Shown: piece by piece, positions 19,181 to 28,549 of the stretch
Layout of the letters: each line of letters starts with the position of its first letter
Position numbering within the stretch: the first letter of the stretch is position 1
Notes under the pieces: model-generated
The model's input: the letters and a program-made list of their open reading frames with translations, nothing else
The model's database searches: none
What the model was told of the DNA's origin: nothing
Position numbers and translations under genes: made by a program
DNA from: Polyangiaceae bacterium
GTDB taxonomy: Bacteria; Myxococcota_A; Polyangia; Polyangiales; Polyangiaceae
DNA: 64,000 bases
NCBI GenBank assembly: GCA_965222375.1
Contig: CBDCTZ010000015.1
Span: forward strand, 1,408,001-1,472,000
Direction: 5' to 3'

Positions 19181-20497
19181 TCAGTCGTCGTCTGCGAGGC
19201 AGCCGACGACTGTTGCGGAGCCGCTATCGTTGCCTCGGTCGTCGTCGAGGGGTGCGCCGACGAGCGCGCGGTCGCCGGACAGGCTCACGGACTCGCCGAA
19301 CAAGTCGCCGCCGGCGGCGGCGGGATTGAGCAACTTGGTGACTTGGATCCACTGTCCTGACGGACCTTTGGCGAACAGGTAGGCCGCGCCGGTGCCTTCG
19401 CCTTGGTCTTCGTCGGATACCGCGCCGACGAGCGCGCGGTCGCCGGACAGGCTCACGGACTCGCCGAACAAGTCGCCGGCACTGGCGTCGCTGGCGACCA
19501 GCTTGCCGACGCGAGACCAGGCGCCGGCGCCGCTTCGTTCGAAAACAATCGCCGAGCCACTGGCCGTGCCCGACGGGCTGTCACCGGGTGCGCCAACGAG
19601 CGCGCGATCAAGATGAAGGCTCACGGACTTGCCGAATCGGTCCCCACCGGCGCTGCTGCCCGATAGCTTTGCGGTCTGCGTCCAATTCCCGCCAGCGGCA
19701 CGCTCGAATACGTAGACCGCTCCGACGCCACCTGACGACGCGGAGCGCGCAATCACCGCGGTATCGCCCCAGAGGCTGACGACGGCACCGAACCAATCGG
19801 ATGGGCCGCCATCGTTGGCTGTGAGTTTGTCGACCTGGCTCCATTTGCCATTCTGTTGGCGTTCGAAGATGTACGCGGCACCAGCGTTTTCGCCCAACGC
19901 GTTGTCGTCACCCCGGGCACCGATGAGAGCGCGCTCCTCGTAGAGGCTGACGGAAACACCGAACTCATCGAGTTCACTACCGCCGCTCGCCTGCAGTTTC
20001 TGGATGCGAGTCCAACCGGGGGAAACGAGCTCTCGGAAGATGTAAGCGGCGCCCGAGTTGTAGCCCTGCCCGTCGTCTTCGAAGGCGCCAACGAGCGCCC
20101 GGTGCTCGCCCAGAGAAACCGAGACTCCAAAGCGCACGAAGTCCTGCGTGCCTTCCGGGCCAAGTCGTGCCCGCTGGACCCACTTTCCCTGGAGGTCCAT
20201 TCCGTAGACGTAGGCCGCACCCCGCGCATCGCCGCCAGCACGTTCTTTCCAGGCACCAACCAGTGCTTCTTCGCCAAACAGGCTCACCGAAAAGCCAAAC
20301 TCTTCATTGGCGCTCCCGCTCGCTGCCACCAACTTGGATTCCGGCCGAGGCGCATCACATGCAGGCGCCCCGCTCCCGCCACCGGTACCGCCCGACGCGG
20401 AGCCACCTAGCTGGAGTTCGCTCCGGGAACCGCAACCGATGGTCAGCGAGATGGCGATAGACGCGATCAGTGCAACGCTTGGCTGGGGAAGCCTCAT
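19181..20497 (-). CDS. FG-GAP repeat beta-propeller lipoprotein
   Basis: Lipobox TIGC; seven FGxSVSLxGxxALVGA...GAAYxF repeats. Confidence 0.9.
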   Translation of the reverse strand: MRLPQPSVALIASIAISLTIGCGSRSELQLGGSASGGTGGGSGAPACDAPRPESKLVAASGSANEEFGFSVSLFGEEALVGAWKERAGGDARGAAYVYGMDLQGKWVQRARLGPEGTQDFVRFGVSVSLGEHRALVGAFEDDGQGYNSGAAYIFRELVSPGWTRIQKLQASGGSELDEFGVSVSLYEERALIGARGDDNALGENAGAAYIFERQQNGKWSQVDKLTANDGGPSDWFGAVVSLWGDTAVIARSASSGGVGAVYVFERAAGGNWTQTAKLSGSSAGGDRFGKSVSLHLDRALVGAPGDSPSGTASGSAIVFERSGAGAWSRVGKLVASDASAGDLFGESVSLSGDRALVGAVSDEDQGEGTGAAYLFAKGPSGQWIQVTKLLNPAAAGGDLFGESVSLSGDRALVGAPLDDDRGNDSGSATVVGCLADDD

Positions 20498-20810
20498 GCG
20501 CCGAGCATACTGCGTCGCAACGCCAATGAGGGTCTGGGGGATCGGCATCGTCGACCAGCTGCTCTTTTCAGATCTGGTGGACGCCGAGTCCTGCGAGCCT
20601 TTGCTGGCGTTAGCAGAAGCGCACAGTAATGAAGCCGTTCGCAAAGCGGCTGCAGAAGTCCGGAAACTCACCGAGCGCTAGGCGGACAACGCGCCTGCTT
20701 GAGCCCGCGAAAAACCAAGGCACCGGGAACGCCCCACCGCGCGCCATCGCGAGAGGCAGGCGCCATCGTGGCCCAGCGCTCGACCCCCAAACCAAACTAG
20801 ATAGAAGGGC

Positions 20811-21437
20811 TCAGCTCGCCGTTTCTTCGACGGGAGGCGGCGGCTCGGAAGTCCTGAACAGGTCTTTCTGGGACGGGGAGCTCTCGCCGGGGTCGAAGCA
20901 GCGCCGGCAGCGGGCTTCGTAGGTTTCGGTACCGCCAACGACGACGGTGGCGTCACGCTTCACGAGGCGCTGGGAACGATCGGCGGGGTTCCCGCAGCGG
21001 ACGCAGATGGCCAGGTTCTTGGTGACGTATTCGGCGACCGCCATCAGGTGCGGCATCGGCTCGAAGGGGCGACCCAAGTAGTCTTGGTCGAGCCCTGCAA
21101 CGATGACGCGCTTACCTGCGTTGGCCAGGCGCTCCACGATGGGCACGAGCCCCTCGCCGAAGAATTGGGCTTCGTCGATGCCGATCACTTCGGCATCGAG
21201 GGCGTGGGAGATGATCTCGCTGGCATCGTCGATGGCGACCGCAACAAGCTCCTGCTTGGAGTGGCTGACGACGCTGTCCGATGCGTGGCGCTCGTCGATG
21301 CGGGGCTTGAAGATCAAAACTTTCTGTCGAGCGTATTGAGCGCGGTTCAAGCGCCGTATGAGCTCTTCGGTCTTCCCGCTGAACATGCAGCCGGTGATGA
21401 CCTCAACCCAACCAGTGTCCCGGGGAGTGATGTGCAT
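20811..21437 (-). CDS. tdk: Thymidine kinase
   Basis: GCMFSGKTEEL, IGIDEAQFF, AGLDQDY, Zn ligands CVRCG and ARCRRC. Confidence 0.95.
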   Translation of the reverse strand: MHITPRDTGWVEVITGCMFSGKTEELIRRLNRAQYARQKVLIFKPRIDERHASDSVVSHSKQELVAVAIDDASEIISHALDAEVIGIDEAQFFGEGLVPIVERLANAGKRVIVAGLDQDYLGRPFEPMPHLMAVAEYVTKNLAICVRCGNPADRSQRLVKRDATVVVGGTETYEARCRRCFDPGESSPSQKDLFRTSEPPPPVEETAS

Positions 21438-21512
21438 GACCGCCTCTCGGCGGTTGCGGTTCAAACCTCGAAAAGCGGGGACGTCAAGTCATGACCGCCA
21501 AATCGAGGCTCA

Positions 21513-22361
21513 CTACCCCTTCACACCACCGGCCGTGAGGCCCGATACGAGATGACGTTGCACAACGTAGAACAGCAGCATGACGGGTAGCGAAACGACC
21601 AAAGAGCCTGCAGCAAAACTGCCCCACGCGGCGTCGTGTTCGCCCACGTATCTCTGCAGGACAACAGGCAGCGTCAACGCTTCTTCCTTGCCGAGGATGG
21701 TCGCCGCCAAAATGAACTCGTTGTACGCGCTCATGAAGGCGAACAGCCCTGTTACGGCAATGGCGGGACGGGCCGCGGGTAGGACGACGCGCCTGAAGGC
21801 CCCGAAACGCGTCGCGCCGTCCACCATGGCGGCTTCTTCCAGGTCTCGAGGGATCCCATCGAAGGCACCGCGGAGCTGAAAAATGGCGAATGGGACGCTC
21901 GTGGTCGCATAACACACGACCAAACCGGTTCGCGTATCCAATAAGCCCAGGTTTTCCAGCACGATGTACAGGGGCACCGCAGAGGCCACCATGGGGAACA
22001 TCTGCGTGGCCAGCAGCAAGCGGATCCCCGACTCTTTGCCCACAAACGAAAAGCGCGACAGTGCGTAGGCCGCGGGAAGGGCGATGCCGATCCCGACGCC
22101 CGCCGTTGCCAACGCGATGATCAAGGAGTTGAGCGCTTGGCGCAGGAAGCTCGGCGCCGTGGTGACGTTGACGAGATGCTCCAAGGTCGGCTCACGAGGC
22201 ACGGGCCAGATACTGCGATCTGGCGCTGTGCCCGCGGAAAAGGCCGTGGAGAGAACCCAGAGCACCGGGTAGAGCGCAAAGAGCACGAAGGCGACCACAA
22301 GCAGGTGCGCCAACACCTCTTCCAGCAGGTTCGTGCGGCTGCGGTTCGTGACCTCGCTCAT
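21513..22361 (-). CDS. Sugar ABC transporter permease (MalG-like)
   Basis: EAA motif IPRDLEEAAMVDGA; AAYALSRFSF; ATGA overlap with the upstream gene. Confidence 0.9.
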   Translation of the reverse strand: MSEVTNRSRTNLLEEVLAHLLVVAFVLFALYPVLWVLSTAFSAGTAPDRSIWPVPREPTLEHLVNVTTAPSFLRQALNSLIIALATAGVGIGIALPAAYALSRFSFVGKESGIRLLLATQMFPMVASAVPLYIVLENLGLLDTRTGLVVCYATTSVPFAIFQLRGAFDGIPRDLEEAAMVDGATRFGAFRRVVLPAARPAIAVTGLFAFMSAYNEFILAATILGKEEALTLPVVLQRYVGEHDAAWGSFAAGSLVVSLPVMLLFYVVQRHLVSGLTAGGVKG

Positions 22362-24538
22362 GCCATCGCCTTGGTTCGATCTGCGCGCGCCATCGCTCTG
22401 GAGAAGAACGCGAGCAGTAGGAAGATCAGTACCGAGTACGCAGCGGCATAGCCGTATTGCGCCTGGCGCGTGAATGCCCAGCGATACGCTTCGGAAACCA
22501 GAATGTCCGTCGTACCGTCGGGCTCGCCTCCAGAGACCAGGAAAACGACGTTGAACATGTTGAAGGTCCAGATCGCGCCAAGCAGCACCGCTGGCAGCAT
22601 GGCGGGGACGACCATGGGAACCGTCACTCGGGTCAGGCGTTGCCAGCGGGATGCGCCATCGACCTCCGCCGCTTCCAGCACCTCTTTCGGAACCGCGGTG
22701 AGGGCGCCCAGGGTGACCACCATCATGAAGGGAAAGCCGAGCCACACATTGGTCGCTACGTTGGCGGTGAATGCGGTGGAAAAGCGCGCCCACCAAGAGA
22801 AGGGCTCCACGCCGCAGAGCTCCAACAGAGCTGACACGGCTCCGAACTGTTTGCTGAACATGCCGCGCCACGCCAGGGCCGTCACGTAGGACGGCACGGC
22901 CCAGGGGATGATCAGCAGGACGCGATACAGCGGCTTCAGGCGCAAGGTTGGACGCGACAGGACGAGGCCCAGAAAGAAGCCAATCACGACGTGCAGGACG
23001 ACGTTGGCGACGGTCCAAAGCAGCGTGACCAGCAACACGAGGTAGAAGGATCCGCTAGACAGCAGTGGAGCTCCGCGTGCGGTGAGGATCGCGACGAAGT
23101 TCGCCAGCCCGACGAAGTGCATCTCGCCGAGGCGCCCGGCATAGAGCGACGCTCCCGCGCCCACGACGATGGGCAAGATCACGAGCACTCCGACGCCAAT
23201 CACGGCGTGGACCACCCATCGGTACGCCGGCAAAGACTGACGCAATTTGGGCCCGAGCTGTTTGGACTGGGTGTACACGTACACCGCACCGCCCAGGCAC
23301 AGGAGGCCAACGAAGAGTAGCAAGGGTGTGGGCGACGCCGGGGGCGGCGGCGGGCGCACGACGTCCTGGAAGCGGCGATTCGCCTCCCGCAAGGCTAGGC
23401 GCGGGGTGACCGCGCCGCTGAGCGCCTTCTTGAGTGCGCGGGTAGCGGGCTCCCAAGTGGAACGCATGCGCGGCGACGCCGGCATCACCACGGCGCTCTG
23501 GGCCTGCAGGGCGAACGCCGAAAGGAACGCGCTCTTTTCCGCGAAGGCGGGCAGTTGGCGGCGCGCGACGACTTGGCGCCCCACTCGAGCGCGGATCTCG
23601 GCGGCCTGGCCGCCCACAAGGTAGTGGGCGAGCGCCAATGCTTCCGGACTCTTGGCCCCTTTCGGGGTCAGGGCGGCCGCTTCAATGGTCAGGTAGGGCG
23701 CTAGGGGTTTGCCCGTTGCCGCGACGGTGGGCAACGGCGCCACTCGGTACTGGATCGCATCGCCGATGTCGCTGGCGAAGTAGGTCCCGCTGATGACTGT
23801 GGCGGCGCGGCCGGCTTTGAACAGCTCCGAAACCAAGGCCCCGCTCGCTTCTTCAGGGACGGCGCCGGCGGCGATTGCGTCACTGACCAACTGGATCGAG
23901 CGCTCGCCGAGCTCGCCGACGAAGCCGAAGCTCTCATCCGTGGCCAGCTGGCGCCCACCGAAGGCGTGCAGGATGGCAGCGTGGAAGTAGACGTTCTGGG
24001 TTTCGTAGGCGAGGGGGTACACGCCCTTGCCCAGAGTGCCGGTCAGGGCGGTCAGCTCTTCCCAGGTCTTGGGGGCTTCTTTGACCAGCGCCGTGTTGAT
24101 GTAGAGCGCCAGGCATTTGTACGCGAGGGGCAGACCGACGCGCTTACCGTCAACCTCGAGGGCGCCCAGTGCTTTTTCTGGGAACTCTTTTTCGATGGCG
24201 TGCGGGGCCAAAGGCGAGACGACTCCGCGCTGCAGAAAGTCGCCCAGGCGCTCGTGGGAGTCGATGAAGACATGAGGGCCATGCCCGCGGGGCGCGGCCG
24301 CCGTGAGCTTCGACGGGTAGGCGTCGTGCGGCACTTGTAGGACTTCGACTTGGGTTCCGGTGTCACGAGTGAATTGGGCGAGCACTTGCTCGAGGGCCTT
24401 CTTCTCGTCGCCGCGGTAGGCGTGCCACAGCTCGATAGGCGCCTGAGCCTTCGCTGAGCGCGCGAGCATGAAGACCACCAAGACCGTCGTGAGAAACACC
24501 CACAGCGGAAGCCCGACTCGGTACCCCGGGCTCATCAA
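22358..24538 (-). CDS. Fused sugar-binding protein (MalE-like) plus permease (MalF-like)
   Basis: Signal plus IELWHAY...GPHVF...LYINTALV solute-binding domain, Pro linker, TM helices with LEAAEVDGA and IPWAVP. Confidence 0.88.
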   Translation of the reverse strand: MMSPGYRVGLPLWVFLTTVLVVFMLARSAKAQAPIELWHAYRGDEKKALEQVLAQFTRDTGTQVEVLQVPHDAYPSKLTAAAPRGHGPHVFIDSHERLGDFLQRGVVSPLAPHAIEKEFPEKALGALEVDGKRVGLPLAYKCLALYINTALVKEAPKTWEELTALTGTLGKGVYPLAYETQNVYFHAAILHAFGGRQLATDESFGFVGELGERSIQLVSDAIAAGAVPEEASGALVSELFKAGRAATVISGTYFASDIGDAIQYRVAPLPTVAATGKPLAPYLTIEAAALTPKGAKSPEALALAHYLVGGQAAEIRARVGRQVVARRQLPAFAEKSAFLSAFALQAQSAVVMPASPRMRSTWEPATRALKKALSGAVTPRLALREANRRFQDVVRPPPPPASPTPLLLFVGLLCLGGAVYVYTQSKQLGPKLRQSLPAYRWVVHAVIGVGVLVILPIVVGAGASLYAGRLGEMHFVGLANFVAILTARGAPLLSSGSFYLVLLVTLLWTVANVVLHVVIGFFLGLVLSRPTLRLKPLYRVLLIIPWAVPSYVTALAWRGMFSKQFGAVSALLELCGVEPFSWWARFSTAFTANVATNVWLGFPFMMVVTLGALTAVPKEVLEAAEVDGASRWQRLTRVTVPMVVPAMLPAVLLGAIWTFNMFNVVFLVSGGEPDGTTDILVSEAYRWAFTRQAQYGYAAAYSVLIFLLLAFFSRAMARADRTKAMA

Positions 24539-25614
24539 CAGGCCTCGTCTGCCCGTAACGACACGCCTGATTCCGCATCGAAGACGTGCACGTCTTCATC
24601 GCGAACGCCGAATTGCAGCGTGGTGCCAGGCGCGGGACGCTCGGTCCCCGCCAATCGCGCCACGAAGGGCTCGCCTCCCACGTGTGCATGGGCAAAAGAC
24701 TCACTGCCGAGGGCTTCCAGCACATCGACGTCGACCTGGATCCCCCCTTTGGGGTCGAGAACCACATCGTGAGGACGGATGCCGACCGCCACGGACTTCG
24801 GTGGCTTGGTCGCGGGCGCGGCCACGGAGAGTTCCAAGCCTTTGCCGCTGAGGAACAGACGGTCGCCCTTCAGTTCTGCTTCCGCGGGCAGGAAGTTCAT
24901 CGCCGGGCTGCCCAGGAAGGAGGCGACGAAACGAGTGCGGGGCCGCGCGTACACCTCGAGGGGCGGACCCGATTGTTCGACTTGGCCCTGATTGAGCACG
25001 AACAGGACGTCCGCCAGAGTCATGGCCTCGACCTGGTCGTGAGTCACGTAGATGCTCGTGGCGCCTAGGCGATCGTGGAGCTTACGAATATCCACCCGAA
25101 CCTGCGCGCGCAATGCGGCATCCAGGTTCGACAGCGGCTCGTCGAAGAGGAAGACTCGAGGACGCCGCGCAATCGCGCGCCCCATGGCGACTCGCTGCCG
25201 CTGACCACCAGAAAGCTGACGCGGAAAGCGCTCCAGCAGCGGCTCGAGGCCCAACATCTCACTGACTTCGCGGATGCGGGTTTCGATTTCCGACTTCGGT
25301 GCTTTTCGCAGGGTCAGCCCGAAGGCGAGATTGTCTCGGACCGTGAGGTGCGGGTACAGCGCGTAGGACTGAAACACCATCGCGATGTCACGGTCCCTGG
25401 GCGCCAAGCGAGTCACGTCCTGTTCGGCAAAGGACGTCTTGCCGCTGTCCGCCTCTTCGAGGCCGGCAATGATCCTGAGCAGCGTGGACTTGCCGCAGCC
25501 GCTCGGACCGACGAGCACGGCGAATCCTCCGTCGGGGACTTCAATGTCCACGCCTTTGAGCACCCGGGTCTGGCCGAAGCGCTTTTCAATGCTTTCCAGG
25601 AGAACTCGGGCCAC
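24535..25614 (-). CDS. Sugar ABC transporter ATPase (MalK/UgpC-like)
   Basis: GPSGCGKST, LSGGQRQR, FLFDEPLSNLD, YVTHDQVEA, C-terminal GIRP/TOBE region; GTG start inferred. Confidence 0.93.
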   Translation of the reverse strand: MARVLLESIEKRFGQTRVLKGVDIEVPDGGFAVLVGPSGCGKSTLLRIIAGLEEADSGKTSFAEQDVTRLAPRDRDIAMVFQSYALYPHLTVRDNLAFGLTLRKAPKSEIETRIREVSEMLGLEPLLERFPRQLSGGQRQRVAMGRAIARRPRVFLFDEPLSNLDAALRAQVRVDIRKLHDRLGATSIYVTHDQVEAMTLADVLFVLNQGQVEQSGPPLEVYARPRTRFVASFLGSPAMNFLPAEAELKGDRLFLSGKGLELSVAAPATKPPKSVAVGIRPHDVVLDPKGGIQVDVDVLEALGSESFAHAHVGGEPFVARLAGTERPAPGTTLQFGVRDEDVHVFDAESGVSLRADEAC

Positions 25615-25724
25615 GGCTTTCGGCGAGCATAAGCGCAGGCGGCGCCTGATCAGCAAGGGCCATCTGCGTCCAAAACGGGACGGTGCTTGCTCCCCCAGGC
25701 CAAGTTCTGCTCTTTTGAAGAGCA

Positions 25725-26528
25725 ATGCCCGAGCCATATCGGCTGATCACCCTCGGCCCGAGTCACTTCTGCGAGAAGGCCCGCTGGGCGCTTTCCCGCG
25801 CACGTGTGCCTTTTGTCGAGGAGCCGCACTTGCCGATGTTCCATGCCGCAGCCACCTATCGCGCAGGTGGGCGCCGCACGGTGCCGGTGCTCGTGACCGA
25901 CAGCGGGGTGCTCTGTGACTCCACGGACATCTTGGAGCTGGCAGATCGACAATGCGGAGGGCGCCTGTACGGAGTAGGTCCGGTACGAAAAGAGGCCAAA
26001 GCCTTGGAGGAGCGCCTCGACGCGCGGTTCGGACCGGACACCCGGCGCGTCGCCTATTTCTACGGCCTGGAGCGACGCGATTTGGTGCTGAAGTTCTTTG
26101 GAGCCGGCACGCCGCTGGTGGAGCGCGTGGGCAGCCGCCTGCTCTACCCGGTCATCCGAGGGGCCATTCGCCGAGGGTTGCGGATCACCCCAGCAGCAAC
26201 CAAGCGTTCGATCGCACGCATCGACGAAGTCTTCTCCGAAATGGGCGCTCGCCTCGAGGGCGGCAGTCGCTACCTCGCCGGCGACCAATTGACTGCAGCA
26301 GACATCACCTTCGCCGCTTTCGCGGCGCCAGTCATTTTGCCAGCCCAGTATGGCGTGCCCCTGCCAACCCTTGACGAAGCGCCGGAGGAATTCGCCGACT
26401 TGATACGTCGCTACCGCAAGACCCGCACCGGGCAGTTCGTGCTCGAGCTGTATCGAGACGAGCGGGATAGCGTGCTTCCAGCCAGCGGCACCGGCGGCGC
26501 CATCGATGAACAAGACCCCGCCGCGTGA
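25725..26528 (+). CDS. Glutathione S-transferase family protein
   Basis: SHFCEKARWAL, TVPVL, DSTDIL, YLAGDQLTAADITFAA. Confidence 0.88.
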   Translation: MPEPYRLITLGPSHFCEKARWALSRARVPFVEEPHLPMFHAAATYRAGGRRTVPVLVTDSGVLCDSTDILELADRQCGGRLYGVGPVRKEAKALEERLDARFGPDTRRVAYFYGLERRDLVLKFFGAGTPLVERVGSRLLYPVIRGAIRRGLRITPAATKRSIARIDEVFSEMGARLEGGSRYLAGDQLTAADITFAAFAAPVILPAQYGVPLPTLDEAPEEFADLIRRYRKTRTGQFVLELYRDERDSVLPASGTGGAIDEQDPAA

Positions 26529-26600
26529 AACGAGGAGTGGGCGTGGCTAACCGTCAGCACCACGAACGGCACCTGCCGAGACTGTGATACGCTTTGGGAA

Positions 26601-27806
26601 ATGCTAACGCGTCTGCGAGTCCGCAACTTCCGTCTGCTTCGAGAGGTCGAGATTGACTTCGCGCCTGACGTGACGGTGTTCATCGGACCGAACGCGAGCG
26701 GAAAGAGCACCGTGTTGGCAGTGCTGGATTTCCTATCCAGGTGCGCAGAATCCGGCCTACTGACAGCCTTAACGGCCCACGGCGGGTACAACAGCATCCG
26801 AACCGCGGGCGAGGGCGGCAATATCGGTGTCGGAGTCGACTTGACCCTGACCTATCGCAAGGAACCGTGGCACCTCTCGTGGGACTTCGAGCTCGAATCC
26901 GATGCAGATGGAAGCATCGCCGTGCACTCGGAATCGTTGGTGCGATCAGTGGCGAGTGAACAACAAGAGGCACTTATTTCGACGAGCGAAGGCGTGCGGT
27001 GGGTAGTCGCAGAGGATGGCGCGAATGTTGGGCGCGTCAGCAATCGAGCAAAGCTGGCGTTTGAGTCATTGATGGATGACGACCGATTCCCGGCGCTCGG
27101 CGTGCTGCGAGTCCTCATGGCTGGTGCGAGAGTTCTAGGCAATATCGCCTCGGCTCCAGCGTGGGGTCGAGCGAACCCGAGCGACGCTTCACCCCGGGAC
27201 AGTCTGGTCTTGGCTCGGCAGCTATTCCTGGGGCGACAGGGTAACGGCCTCGCCAACGTGCTGTACGGAATTCAGACAGACTCGCCTGCGGAGTGGGAAG
27301 AACTGCAGCGGACGTTTCGCGCCGAGTTTCCGTTTGCTGGTCGCATCGTTTTTCCGGCCGACGTTGGTGGAGGGAAAATCTCGTTCGAGATCGAAGATAG
27401 CCGGTTCTACGGGCGGAGGGTCAGAGCGTCGGAACTGTCGGACGGGATCATCAGCTATCTTTGTCTGCTCGCTGCCGTGCTTCAGCCTCTGCAGCTGAGT
27501 GTGTTGGGATTGGATGAGCCGGATTGCAGTCTCCACCCTTCTGCGCTGCGTCGCTTCATGGCGCTCGCGCAATCTGAGCACCCCAAGCGACGCCTTGCTA
27601 TCGTGACTCACTCAAACGCGCTCCTTGATGAGCTGCGCGAGCCAGGCAAGTCGATTCGGATTATCGAACCAGGCGAAAAAGGCGCTGTCGTTCGCCGGCT
27701 AGATGGCGATTCCCTCAAGGCGTGGCGCAATGAATACTCTCTGTCGGACATGCGAAGAACCGGCCTACTTGACTCCGCAAATACCGAGTTTGATAGCGAG
27801 GCGTGA
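26601..27806 (+). CDS. ABC/SMC-like ATPase (AAA_21, COG4637-type)
   Basis: VRNFR, Walker A GPNASGKS, signature LSDG, Walker B LGLDEPD, H-loop VTHS. Confidence 0.9.
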   Translation: MLTRLRVRNFRLLREVEIDFAPDVTVFIGPNASGKSTVLAVLDFLSRCAESGLLTALTAHGGYNSIRTAGEGGNIGVGVDLTLTYRKEPWHLSWDFELESDADGSIAVHSESLVRSVASEQQEALISTSEGVRWVVAEDGANVGRVSNRAKLAFESLMDDDRFPALGVLRVLMAGARVLGNIASAPAWGRANPSDASPRDSLVLARQLFLGRQGNGLANVLYGIQTDSPAEWEELQRTFRAEFPFAGRIVFPADVGGGKISFEIEDSRFYGRRVRASELSDGIISYLCLLAAVLQPLQLSVLGLDEPDCSLHPSALRRFMALAQSEHPKRRLAIVTHSNALLDELREPGKSIRIIEPGEKGAVVRRLDGDSLKAWRNEYSLSDMRRTGLLDSANTEFDSEA

Positions 27807-28549
27807 TGCGCATCCTGGTCGCGTGGGAGGATCAGTACTTTCAACCGCTTCAGAGGATACTCAAGCGATGCATCTCCCTCACCAGGCCTGACGAAGCGAC
27901 TTTCCCCTCTGTCTTGTGCCACACAGCGAGGGGGAACTCAGCGTTCGAACCATATGTGTCTCGCACCTGGTCGTTGGCGTCGCGAAAAGGACTGCCGAGC
28001 AGTGCAGGCGCCATCGATCACCTGATCTGCGTCGCGGACGCTGACAAGCTGCATGAACTGATTCCTGAGATTTCGTCCGCAACTCCACCCACCGAGTTGG
28101 GCGATTGGCTTCACCACGCGGAATCGCTTTGGGAGCGGTGGCTCCGCTCACGGTGCACGACTGAGTGCGAACGAGTCCACGGTCGATTGCTGCGGTGGTC
28201 AAAGGAATCCGTCGCACTCGCGGCGTACGACCAGCCAGCAGGCCAGTCGCATCTTCGGATTGATACGTCGAGTGATCCGCTAAGGACTAGTCTAGAAAAC
28301 TGCACTCCATCGCCTCTGACTCTGGATGACACGGAATTCTGCTGCCACTACCGCAAACCTATGAATTGCTTGCAGTTGCTGCAACCGAAGCTCGCGAAGA
28401 ACTCGCCTGAGATAGACGACACCACATCCGACTTCACGCAGCATGGACTGGATCTGCTGCGGGTGCGCGTTCCAGATTTCGACCGTATCGCAAGTTTCAT
28501 CTGGTCGCTGGCCGCAGCGGACACGCCGCCGCCTTCGACCACAGACTAG
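27803..28549 (+). CDS. Hypothetical protein, divergent TOPRIM-like (DUF4276/RloB-like pattern)
   Basis: ILVAWED, HTARGN, LICVADAD (DxD), SKESVALA; GTGA overlap with the ATPase. Confidence 0.6.
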   Translation: MMRILVAWEDQYFQPLQRILKRCISLTRPDEATFPSVLCHTARGNSAFEPYVSRTWSLASRKGLPSSAGAIDHLICVADADKLHELIPEISSATPPTELGDWLHHAESLWERWLRSRCTTECERVHGRLLRWSKESVALAAYDQPAGQSHLRIDTSSDPLRTSLENCTPSPLTLDDTEFCCHYRKPMNCLQLLQPKLAKNSPEIDDTTSDFTQHGLDLLRVRVPDFDRIASFIWSLAAADTPPPSTTD

